Of a stretch of 64,000 nucleotides of DNA, positions 26,689-38,673 are shown piece by piece. The stretch's first letter is position 1. Each line of letters opens with the position of its first letter. This DNA comes from the human T2T-CHM13v2.0 reference genome, Homo sapiens. Location: NCBI RefSeq assembly GCF_009914755.1, contig NC_060929.1; one strand, written 5' to 3'. The notes under the pieces were generated by a model. The model saw only the letters and a program-made list of their open reading frames with translations. It made no database searches and had not been told where the DNA came from. A program made the position numbers and the translations under genes.

Positions 26689-29479
26689 CTAAAATGCCCA
26701 TTTCAACTACAGAATAAGAGTACCTGAGCAAGAGCATCTAGAAATCTGCTTTGTAAACAAGGACCCCTCAGGTAAGGGTAAGATTTCTAAAGTTTCAAGA
26801 TCAACTGATTTAGTGAGTGGTAACTAAATGCTAAGGTGAGAATAAGAGAGCATGAAACACAAGATCAAGTGGTTTAATGGATATAAACCTGTAAACAGTT
26901 ACAACTCTGTGTTTTAAGTACAACAACATAGTGGTGTTCAAGACCATCATTAAAGACAAGGAACACTGACCAGTGAAGGGAAACTCCTTCACAAAAGAGG
27001 GGAGGGCTAAGCCAAGTGCTGAAGAAAGTTCTCTTTTGCTGGTTCTCAGGGGTCAAGGCCCAGAGTGGCTGAAAATGAAATTACATAGAGTCTAAACAAG
27101 GGCCTTAGTATGTTTAGACTTCTCTAAGATAGAATTTCCATTATTTGCTTGATAAGAATCACTTGGGTTCTATACAAATGTAGATTTCCAAGCACTGTCC
27201 TCTTGTATTAGAGGTTCTCATTTAGTAGGATGGAGAAGAGCTCAGAAACCCAGCAGTTTTAACCTTAAAGAAACTGTTATAGGAGCAAGGGCCACAGAGA
27301 AGTCTTACTAAAATATAGGGGAGTAACACTTTCAGATTTATGTTTTAAACTAATATTTATAAGTCTTGTCTATTTTTCTCAGTTTAGATCGAGTTTAGCA
27401 CCTAGTGAATCTTATCTGATTGTTATAGCCCAAACTGACCTCTTCATTTTATACATCATTAAACTTGGAGTTTGAATTATACTTTTACTTATTTCCTGTG
27501 TATTATTATTTCTCTTCTATTGTCAACCCTGAGGAATAGAAAGTTTGTCTCTCTGTATTCTTCGTAATGCCTGATGCAGGCATAAGAACACAGACACAAA
27601 GTAAAATTGGTTCTATGAATTCTCAGTACGTAGCCCTAGTTTTTAGGCATGTTAATCTGGAATACAATTTTAAAAGCTAACATTTAATGAGTGCTTATGT
27701 GCTAGGGACTACTGGAAGTAATTTACTTATATTATCTCATTTCATTCAATCAACAATATTGTGAGGTAGATGCTAGTATTGTCTCCATTTTACATATAGG
27801 AAAATTGGGGCTTAATCATTTTCCAAGGTAGGCTGGGTCCAGATCATATGCCCTTTATTACCAAGCTACACTGCTTCTCCCTACCCTGCCCCCTAAAAAT
27901 GCTGTTTAAACAATGAATAGATAAAAGAAAGCAACAATGAGATTATAATCAGTAGCAATAATTTTTGAAATAATTAGGTCAGAGTCCTGCATAAAAGATG
28001 CTACTATAAACTATAAAGCAATCCAAATTATTCTAAATATTCCCAGGCTGAAATCTGCATCTGCCAGCTATGCATCATTGACTCCTACCTATGCTCTTGA
28101 TTAAAAATCTCCTCTGTGTCTTCACATTCCCAATGGGAGTCGCATATCAGGAGAGGCGCATCCATGGGTGCAGCAAGAGTGACAATACATCACAGCCTCG
28201 ACATCTGTGACAAGCCCAGCCTTTTGACAGTCTAGTGAGGGGGTGTGCATCTTGAATATTACCAGATGTGTCACAATCTTTGTTCCCCAAATACTTACTC
28301 CCTTTTGGATAACAAAACAGCAGAAGACACTACTCAGAACAATTAAAAAGGTTTGAATATTCCCATACCCTATAATTAATCTTCATTCAATCACAAGCAT
28401 TTCTGTTCAATCTATTGCTTGAAATGAAATGCTAATAAGGCAAGAAAGCACAACTTTAGGACAATGCCAAAAATGGCCTTCGTTTCTCGTCTTTTGACAT
28501 AAATAAGATGCTTTTGATCATATTAATGAGTGAGAAATGTGCAAGTCTCTAATACAAGATTCAGTTAAATTACATTCATCCTTGGAGATGAACAACCTGA
28601 ATTTAAAAGGACAATTTAGGCTGAATAAAAAGTCAAAGCACAGTGCAACTAAAAGTTTATTCTAACTTAATTTAAAGTATTCTAGAACCTTTGCAAATCT
28701 TCATTGTCACACATTTTCACCCTTTTCCTCCAGTAGTTTTTTTCCCAACTTCTGCCATTTCTTTAATTCTTTCCATGTTCCTATGATAGTTATATTTATT
28801 CTGGATTTCCTATGTCTTTAAAAATTGTTTTAGGTGCTGGTTATTATCTATAAGAAATCTAAAGTGAGTAGAATGATCTGTCTCAAGACATTAAATAGAC
28901 CTTGTTGGGGTTTATTAATTATTTCTTATAGAGTTACAAACAGTTTAGAGGGCTTATAGGTGAAACCTATCATAAGAAACAATGTTATATGTTGAACATT
29001 TAAGCTCCTTGTATACCAGGACATTACTAGGAATTTCACTTGAATCTAACTGGGCTCAGTATACTCCTATATACCAAAAGCCTTTATTGTTGAAGGTGCA
29101 TAGTAGGAATTCAGTATATATACATGGAATAAACGTGTTTGCCCTTTTTCTGTTGTTGAATGCTTTTGGAAATTCAAGGAATGAATGTGAATGCTTTCTG
29201 ATTTTTTTACAATTGCTTCATTATTATATAGTCATGGTTCAGCCTTCTTTATAAACTAATAATCTTACTAAATGCTTTCAACACTGATCAGGATGTGACT
29301 CACCTCTGTGTCAAATACAGAAGGTACTGAAGTCACATCAAAACCAAAGCAATTTTCATCCCTCATATTCAGGTCTAGTGGAATAGAACAGGAAAAGAGA
29401 ATCTGCATATACCTTCAATGTTCTTGGGTGACAGAATACCTTAAAAAAACAAGTATACAAGGCGTTTCCTAGGACAGTC

Positions 29480-29710
29480 AAATGATGAAATATGGGCTTC
29501 AATCTCCTGGGTCCTCTAGTTTTCTCATGACCAGTATGTGAATATAGGCAAATTACCTGAATAACTCAACATGTTTTCTTACCCATATAAGAAAAGGAGA
29601 GTAAATACCTCATAGAATGTGGTAAAACTAAATGAGACATTACATGCAAAGCATTTAACACAGAGCCTAGAACAGAGTAAATGCTCAAGAAATACGGACT
29701 ATTGTTATAT
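29480..29710 (+). mobile_element. MIR
   Basis: GGCAAATTACCTGAA...ACATGCAAAGCATTTAACACAGAGCCTAGAACAGAGTAAATGCTCAA. Confidence 0.65.
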
Positions 29711-30587
29711 TTCTGGGATTTGGATAATTTTTACTAATGTGGATAAATACAGATGAGGCGATCCTACAATGAGAAAAACAGAAGTTGTGATGTGTGAGAC
29801 TTTTCATTTACATACAAACGGATATGGAAAATGGATTATGGATGCAATGTCCCTGATAGGAATGGCAAGGGCCTATTTGGGCATTATACTTTATTCCTGA
29901 ATCATAGAAGAAATCCTATCACCAAAATACCCATATGGGTTTTCACATTAAAAAATATTTAAACACTTTCTTTAGAGATGCATTCTGAGACCCACGTAAG
30001 GAGTTGTCCAAACTAATATTGAATGCATTTGACATGACAGCTGGGTTTGAAAAAGTGCTTTCAGCAAAAGCAGAAGCCACTGGTTAACTTTTCTCCTTGT
30101 AGTTAATTACATTAAACAATTTTATCCCAAAAAGGGAAAGAGAGATTAAAATCCAGGTTATGGAGCATTCATTGAGGTTTTCTTTTCTTTTCTTTTTCCT
30201 TCTCTCCTTCCCTCAGGTAGCAGAAAATCATGAGCTTAAAAAGAAGCTGACCTGGCAATGTTTCCCAGACTTCTTTTATTCTTGACTTGGAAAAAGGAAA
30301 AATTGAGGGATTGAGGGATGGTGATTTTACTTGGTCCTTCTAGGACCTATTTGAAGACTCTTCTAGAGTCAGGTGTTGGTTGAGGTTCACAGCTAATTAA
30401 TCACTGGAAACCTGGAGAGAATAGCCTGAGGTATTACAATAACCTAGGTATGAAGGTTTCTACACCCCAAATGGCCAAATTGCTGGCTACTTCTGGGATT
30501 ATCTGGACACCTGAATCCTAAAGAATATGAAGTCCCAGGATCACTTCCTCAAGATGTCAAATTACTCTGATAGAGAAAGATAATTTT

Positions 30588-30737
30588 TATCTTATTTATT
30601 TTTTCCTTTCCAACCTTTATTTTAGGTTTAGAGGGAACATAAGCAGCTTTATTACATGACTAAGTTGCATTTTGTAGGGGTGTACAGATCATTTTGTCAC
30701 CCAGGTAATGGGCATAGCACATGATAGGTAGTTTTTT
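30588..30737 (-). mobile_element. Short, 5'-truncated old L1PA/L1PB 3' end with TSD
   Basis: L1 3' UTR TTGTCACCCAGGTAATGGGCATAG...GATAGGTAGTTTTT; 15-bp TSD GAGAAAGAT(A/G)ATTTT at 30573 and 30738. Confidence 0.8.
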
Positions 30738-32563
30738 GAGAAAGATGATTTTCAAGCAAGACTGGAAACAGAACAGGTAGCAGTTAGAAAATACATGTTT
30801 TTGTTTATTTATACTTAATTATGCATAAATAAAAGTGTAAATTATGAAGTCACGATGCCAGTAAATGCTTTTATTGGCTTGTCCACAGATGTCCTCCCTT
30901 CTCTAACCCCCTTTCTCCCAAAGTGGGTGTGAGTGCACCACCAGGTGGTGACATAATGAAATGACACATAGGGCATATAATGTCAGGCTGAGGAGAATTT
31001 TGGAGGTTCCAAGGATTGCTGGAAATAACTGCACAAACATGGCTCTATTACTAGAGCTTTTGTGTACTTGAGGTTTTATTTTTGTTTTTGCTGAAGCCCA
31101 ATACAAATATATAACAACATTAAATTGCCATTTATGACTAGAATTTTAAAACCTAAGTCAAACATACTTTCATTGAACCTGGCTCTGCTTTTCATTTATT
31201 TTGTCACACAGGGCAAGTTATGTAATATTTTTGAACCTCACTTCTTCATCCATAAAATTCAGGATAATAATGGCTGCCATGAAATAGTTTAATTGGACCT
31301 TAAGACTGACTATCTCTCCAAGATTCTTTCCTCTTCTCCCTCCATTCCCCACCATCTCCATTGTCTACTTTGTTCCTTGGCTTTACCTTTCCTTCTGGTT
31401 TGCCCGGGGGGGATAAATACCCACTTGTACATCACCTCCTCAGGCAGCGCTGCTCAGCCCATACCTCCGTGCTCATGCCAGGACTCATATAGCCTTTAGC
31501 CTTTGCATTCTCCACACTGTTTAGTGTCACTTGTTTCCCTGAGTTTTGCTCACTGCTGGGCCTGTAGCACTGGGTCCATATTTCTATGCATCTTATTAAC
31601 CTAGGCATTACACCCAAGATATAAACACATTGTAGATATTCAGTGACTTTTTGTTGAATATTTTTAAAGTATAACAAAAAGCCTTTGAAATACCAAGCAA
31701 AAAAGAGTACGTAAAAGAGCAAGAGGACTTTCTGAAGGAGTATATTCATTGCCCAAAAAAGGAGATCTATCCCTTGAGAGAGAACTGTAAATCTCTTCTA
31801 CTCAGCTTGCAAATACAACTATTAAGATCAATGGAATGCACTGCATATAAAGTTGATTTATAGCCCTGGTTCTTTGTAAATGTTAATAGTAAACCTAATT
31901 TGAAATGTTATTTAAAAAGAAGCTACCATTTCAGTCTAAAGCATTTACTTTAAATCATTAAAAATTACTTTGTGTTCCTTCTCATTGGGATCTCTTGGAC
32001 TTAGGAAACAATTTGAAATCCTAAGGGCTTTATTTAATTAAACAAACTCCATAAACATTAAAGTTAGTTGTTTTTTTTCATATAAATAACAGATAAGGTC
32101 CCTAAAAGATTGATTGGAATAAAGAAGACATTGATTTGAATCAGTCTCTAAACAATTATGTGACTTTGGCCAAATTAGTAAACTTCTGAGTCTCAATTTC
32201 CCCATGAAATGGTTAAGACCACCCTAAGGACTGCTATGAGGGTTGAATTATTAATGCCCACACCACTGTGTCTGGCACTGAGAAGGGTTAGCTCTCTTCT
32301 TTCATTTCATCCACACCTACTCTTCAACATATACATTTCTCTAAAGTCAATGTGTTTAATTTTTTTTAAGTTCAATGCTAACAAATATTAAATGCTTCTT
32401 TTCCCAACACTATAATTTTAACAAATGAGTTTCAGGCATATTTAAAAATGAGTTTCAGGCATTAGATCATGTGAACATAACTAATTATGTGAAACATTTT
32501 TGTCCAACTTCTACATAAATCATAGCTTCAAATTATATGGTCATAAGCCTACAAGATACTCAT

Positions 32564-32915
32564 TGCTATGCACTGAATTATGTCCCCTTCAAAATTCACT
32601 TGTGGAAGCCCTAACCCTTTATGTAATAGTATTCGGAGATGGGTCTTTTGGGAGGTGATGAGATCATGAGGGTGGGGCCTGCAATGATGGGATTGGTGCT
32701 CTTATAAGAAAAGACACCAGAGAGCTTGCTCTTTCTCCACCATGTCAGAAGGCACTGACTGCAAGCCAGGAAGAGGGCCCCCAATAGAACCTAAACATGC
32801 TGGCACCCTAATTTCAGAACTTTCAGCCTCCAGAATTGTGAGAAAATTAATCTGTTGTTGTGTAAGTTATCCAGATTATAGTATTTTGTTGTAGCAGCTG
32901 GAGCTGACTAAAACC
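32564..32915 (+). mobile_element. MLT1A-type MaLR solo LTR
   Basis: TGCTATGCACTGAAT...GCTGACTAAAAC termini, typical CTGCAAGCCAGGAAGAGGG; 5-bp TSD CTCAT at 32559-32563 and 32916-32920. Confidence 0.88.
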
Positions 32916-34264
32916 CTCATGTGCCAACGTAATATCGTTTTAGTTATAAATTTAATATTGATACAACTTTAGCTAAAGGAATAAAATCTGTATGAGAAAC
33001 AATATAACTTTTCAACAGTATGAAGATATAGTTCTTCTTATTCATAAACACACATATACACTTGCATACATATATGTAAACTATATTTTGAATATAGAAG
33101 ATCAACTATATAGAAGATCAACTATATAGCCATCTAGTTTAACTCATTGATCATTTAATTCAACAGAGTTGAGCGCCTGCTATGTGCCAGGCAATGCACT
33201 AAGCACCGATATACAAAGATAAGGGAGATACATTCTTATCTTAATTGAGCCCACAGCCCAATAGAGGAGAAAGTCAAAACATACGATATATAATAAGGTA
33301 TGATAAATGCTCCAGATTATAACTAACATAATATTAAAAGTTGTTCTCATACTGTAGAACGGTTCTTCCCTAAAACTGTATCAACTCCACCTAAATTAAT
33401 CCAACAATAGCCTCCTGACATTTTTACTTAGAGAGACTAATTTAGCAGGCATCTAAGGCAGAATAAAGTGTTTACCTCAACTTTTCTATCAACAATGTTA
33501 GAAGTGGAAAATACAACATAATTTTTGAGTCTCAGCTCCTGTCAATTTAAATGAAAATAGACAGTTGGTTCAGCATATGTTGATTTCTTAAAATCAGAAA
33601 TAGATTTTCCCAGCAATACGCCTCAGGGAAAATAAAATGTGTGGGCTGGTTTATCCACGCATTAAAAGCAAGCTTCCAGCTGATGTTTGATTACATTCAT
33701 GAAGAAAAAAATATTGTAATGAGAACATCCAATTACTCTTTCCACAGGAGTAAAAATTTCTGGTCTGAGAATTTGTTTCAAATCAGTGGTTAGAACATAA
33801 ACAAACAAATAAAAAAGGGGAAATAAGTGAGAATGAGATCCTCAGAACAGCTACTAAATTTGAGTAGGCAGAGCATGGTTTCTGGAGTCCAAAAGCCTGT
33901 TTAAAGTCCTGACTCTAATGTCTACTGGTAAGGTGCTGGTGGGCAGGTTTCTTACCCTCTGTGAGCATGTTCTTTTACTCAGCAGTAACATGGAACCAAA
34001 TAAGACCCATTGATAGAGTTGCTCAAAAGTTCAAGAGAATAATTTGAATTCTCTTTCTCTCAATGCATGCCATGTGTCTGACCTATGACAGGCTCTCAAT
34101 ACTTGGTAGACAATAGGAATTATTATTATTGGAAGGAAGAGAAATAAGAAGGAACAGCAACTTGAAAGACTACTATTGGCTTCATTGAAATAGGATCTTT
34201 GCATTTTGCCTTCTTTATCTTTGCATCTTGTCTTCTTTTTACTTTCTCTTCACACACGTGACCT

Positions 34265-34485
34265 AATAATAATAGCATCTGTAGTAACTGTTGTGTTATC
34301 ATACAGTAGCACCCAGTTTTGTAGGTCTTATTTTACTTAATTTGTAGTCAGTAAACATATTATCCCCATTTGATAGATGAGGAAATTGAGGCTTAGACAC
34401 GTTAAATGTCTTTCCCAGGTCACACAGTTTGGAAGAGATGACATTAAGACTTGAGCTCTGATCTATCCCGACTCTAAAGTTCATG
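34265..34485 (-). mobile_element. MIR
   Basis: TATTATCCCCATTTGATAGATGAGGAAATTGAGGCTTAG...CCCAGGTCACACAG. Confidence 0.75.
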
Positions 34486-37265
34486 GTAATATGAACATAA
34501 TATAAAAGGGAACATAGTATAATACAAAAGAACATAAAAATAATACAACTTATACAATGTTAACTTTCAATTCAGCCCTCCAATGTAATCTGAAAGATCT
34601 TTGGTTTGATTTAAAAATCAAGTCAAATCTTTGTATGGCATTTCTCCTGGGAGGCTCAAACAAGTAAACATTCTACCCTGACGTTGTTCTTTCCTTTTCT
34701 CTCCTTTCAAGTTATTCAAATGCTCAGTAATAAGCAGCTTTCAACTGAATATGGTGGGGCAAAGCCAGCTGCTCTTTCTCCATGTGGTAGCTCAGATGGA
34801 CACCTCACTCTTGGTGTTACTGTGTAGCTGTACTCCCTTAATAGCCTGGCCAGCTGTCTTACATAAACAATTATTCATGATTTTAAATTATTAATAATTT
34901 AGAAGGAAAACAGATTTCCTGTGACTATATGGCACAATATAGTACATAAAATTGGGTTTGAATATTTGTTTTCTGCACATCCTCTATAGTTATAAAATGT
35001 AACTAATGATTTGTGTTTAATTTGTCTCTCAATCCAATTTTGGTAGAGCAAGATTTAAAATAAATGGCTGTAGATTTCCTAATTTGATCAGGGACTCTCA
35101 GTTGTTACAAGTACATATGTTATTTCATATAAATGTGAAAAAAATATTTTATGTTTTTATATGAGATCCACTTCTTATGCTTATAATATTATGGCTCCCA
35201 GATGTTATTAATGTGAAAGTGTTTAGAGAATTTCCTCTGAAAATGTCATCCTATCCCTACACAACCCAAGATTATTGCAATAGTTTCACAAATGTCATGG
35301 TTTATAACCTTACATTTATGAAGAAACTGTTGACATCCTATCTTTAGAGAATGAGAAAGAAAGAGGAATCATTCTGAACAGAATAATTCCAGGAAGCATC
35401 TTGGCCTGACACATAGGCCTGCCTAGACTCGGTAGATTTTACTAATATGTCTTTCCAATTCATTTGTTGACTATATTTAGCTTTATAAAGTTAAAGGTGA
35501 GAGAGCCTCAATGTTTAATATAGCATCTACTCCAATGGTTCTGAAACACTAAATCTTCTCCTTGAGAAAGTTTGCACCAGACCAACAGAAAGTTTCGTAT
35601 ATTTGTGATTAAGCTACATTTATCAAATTAGAAGCACGATTCATTATTCTGACATGATCTTTACCATTTTTAAAATTTATAATAGCCATGATTTTATCAA
35701 AGGATAAATGCAGAGTATAGGATATTTTCAAAAATGAGCTCACCTGGCAAACTAAAAGTAGGCAGTGTAAGTCGCCACATTCCAAAAATCAATATTTAAA
35801 ATTGCAAATTCCAGAAACAGATGAGGTCTGTAGTTTTACTAGTGGAACCACTAATACAGTGACTTGAGTATTTTTTTTTCACTTAGTATATTTTAACTAT
35901 CTTCATACTAAGAAAATACCTACGAAAGTAAGTCTAGAAAACCCAATATCAGCCTGTCAATATTTATATTATTCAGAGGGATGTATATACATCTTAATCT
36001 TTTGTTGTATTCCTATATAATTCTAGCTATATTTAATTCTAGTTACAAATTAATTAAAAATACCACTCTTAACTTTTCTGGGCATGGGGTTGTAACCATG
36101 AAACCAACTTCTTATGCCTTCTGAAACCAAGTCAAAAGTCAGACACCTTAAAAATGCAGTCTTTTGTACACAAATGTACAAAATAGCCCCAGAATAGAAA
36201 CCTAATTGTGAGTCCTTAGATAACTAGGACTAGAAATCCTTCATCGCTACACTCCTGGTGCTTAGGACAACAGTGACAGGTAAAGGCACTCAACAGACTA
36301 TGGAATGAGCAGATTCTAAGAGTCAATACTTAGGGTGAACCTTGCTCTATCACAATACTTCTCAATCTAAATGATACTGCAGACCTAGTAATATAATTTG
36401 TTCCAAGCCGGAAAACTTCAGGAATGTGCAAGCTGGAATGGGGAAGAAAGAAGTCAAATCCTTTATCACTGAGAAGAGAAACCAAGGGAGAAGCAGGTAT
36501 GGAGTTCCGATACGTGCAAAGCTTCGTAGATACTAAACTGGGGACAACCAGGTTAAAGTGAAATAACATTACAGCTATGTACAAAACATGTTTCTGCTTC
36601 CAAACCAGGGTAATTAAAAAATTAGAATGCAGTTATTTATTTTATTAGTATTAGCTATTAGTTGAGATCAATTTTTAAACTTTAAAATGCAGTCACTTTA
36701 ATTACAAACTTTTACTTTCAGACTCACATATGCACGGAATAGTGGAGAGTAGAGACATTTATTATTTAAACTAGCTCTGACAATGAGATTCATTTAACAA
36801 GCTATTTCAGATCAAAACAGAATTGGGGACTATCAATCAGTTTCCTCATTCTCCCCTTTCATTTTTGGATCAGCTATAAATAGTCACAAAATGTGTCCAT
36901 TTGGCATCTTCTGTGGCTTCCAGGGTTTAATTTCAACACTCCTTGATATCACAGAATCACTTTAAAGAACAGAGAGGTTGCAGATCAATTATTGTAGTCA
37001 TGTGCCATATAGACTTTGTGTGACTAACCCCAGACTATTTGTCTATTTTAATAAAAGGAGGTCATGATTGTGCAGAAAGTGAAAAACTTTTTATTAATCT
37101 GAATTTAGCATATTTATGGTATTATACCCCTAACATAATAGTATACAGGTAATATCATCTGATATTTTGTTTGAAAACCCTTATGTTATATTGCTTTTTA
37201 TATCTCACCAACTAATTGCTTTTCTAATCCCACCAAATTTAGTGGTGTCCACTTAACTATAAGAC

Positions 37266-37817
37266 TGTGGCTGACACTGCTGATTGTATATACGATATCC
37301 ATTCTCCCTTTCATTCTTATTTATATAAGCCTAATGTTAATCACCCAATAATATGTCTAGTTAAAAAAAACAAGCTCCTCAGCTTCCCTGGAAGGTAGGG
37401 GCAAGTATATGAAATTGTTCTTGCCAAAGAACAGGTTGTCAGAGAGGGGCAAGGTAGCTGGGTTTATATAAGCTGAGGATTCCTAAGAAATCCTTGTTTC
37501 CCTGATACAGACACCATCCCTTCCTACTTCCTTTCCATTTCTCTTCTTTACCCTGGAATGAGGAGATAGTGCCGTGGGAGCAGTATCGCCAATGGTCGTG
37601 AGATGACAAGCACAGGACAGGCCCATATGCTGAGGATGGCTGGCACAGAAGAAAGAATAAAAGGAAATCACATATTTGAGGGTATCATAGAATCACTGTA
37701 CTAGCCCTAGTTTGCTACCTCCTGATATCCTTTTCCACAAGACCAACAAACCCTTAGATGATTCAACCATTGTTAGTTTTCTATTGCTTATAGCTGAATG
37801 CATTTTAAACTGACAAA
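37266..37817 (+). mobile_element. Old MLT1 (J/K/L-like) MaLR LTR
   Basis: TGTGGCTGACACTG start, ATATCCATTCTCCCTTTC, ATGCTGAGGATGGC, and TTGCTTATAGCTGAATGCAT...AACTGACA end. Confidence 0.7.
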
Positions 37818-38634
37818 AAAGACTTTCTAATGATTTTGCAATAAAGACTTTTTAGCACACCTGCCATACTTTTAAAACATGGCCATTTTGAAGGAGCTGG
37901 TGCCAGACTACAATATTTCAAGCAACCGCCTTCTTCCTAAGTTTATTACATTGACACACATTAATTTAGGTTTTGTTGGAGTTAATGTTTCCTTCAGTCA
38001 TTTCTTTGCTTACAAAATACTTTTTAAAGTAAATATACACAAATTATCTACCTTAGAAAATGCAAAAAAGCAGATATTTGTAAGTCATCTAAGTCAGCTC
38101 TTGCTTCCCTTCCTAAACTATTCATTAATTTGGTGTAAAGTGCATTATAACTGAATGTTGTTCTTGTATTTCATGGACACCAGTTGTCATGCTAATGTGC
38201 ACAAAAGGTTTTTTCCAGAGTGAATGCATCAAGTAAATCCCAATCATTGCCACTGCAAATGCTGACAGACTAAACAAAATTGCTGACATCTTCCAAAATC
38301 TGTCTAGATAGATCACTGCTGCGCAAACATCATTGCAGTTCCTAATGAAAAAGCAAATAATTCCCATTTGACATTTATCTTAATTTCAAAATAATTATTA
38401 TTTAATCATATCTAACCATTTCCTATAGTTCTCTTGTAATTCATTGTACATAGTGTGAATTTCAATAAAATTCACTTTCCTCTTCCTCTGTTTTACCTAA
38501 GGATTAAAAATGAAGCAAGCTAACCTGTCCTTCTCTGAAAACCTGTACATTAATCTATGCTTACACCTTTTGTAAAAAGCTATATTTTATTATTTTATTG
38601 TTAAATTGCACTGTGAATTTCAAATGTCAGGAGA

Positions 38635-38638
<4 letters not shown>

Positions 38639-38669
<31 letters not shown>
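38639..38669. repeat. (CA)15 microsatellite
   Basis: Read directly. Confidence 0.95.

Positions 38670-38673
<4 letters not shown>

Noticed and set aside
36874-36883. Perfect MEF2 site CTATAAATAG
   Set aside because: A single AT-rich motif is expected by chance in 64 kb of AT-rich DNA; no supporting cluster
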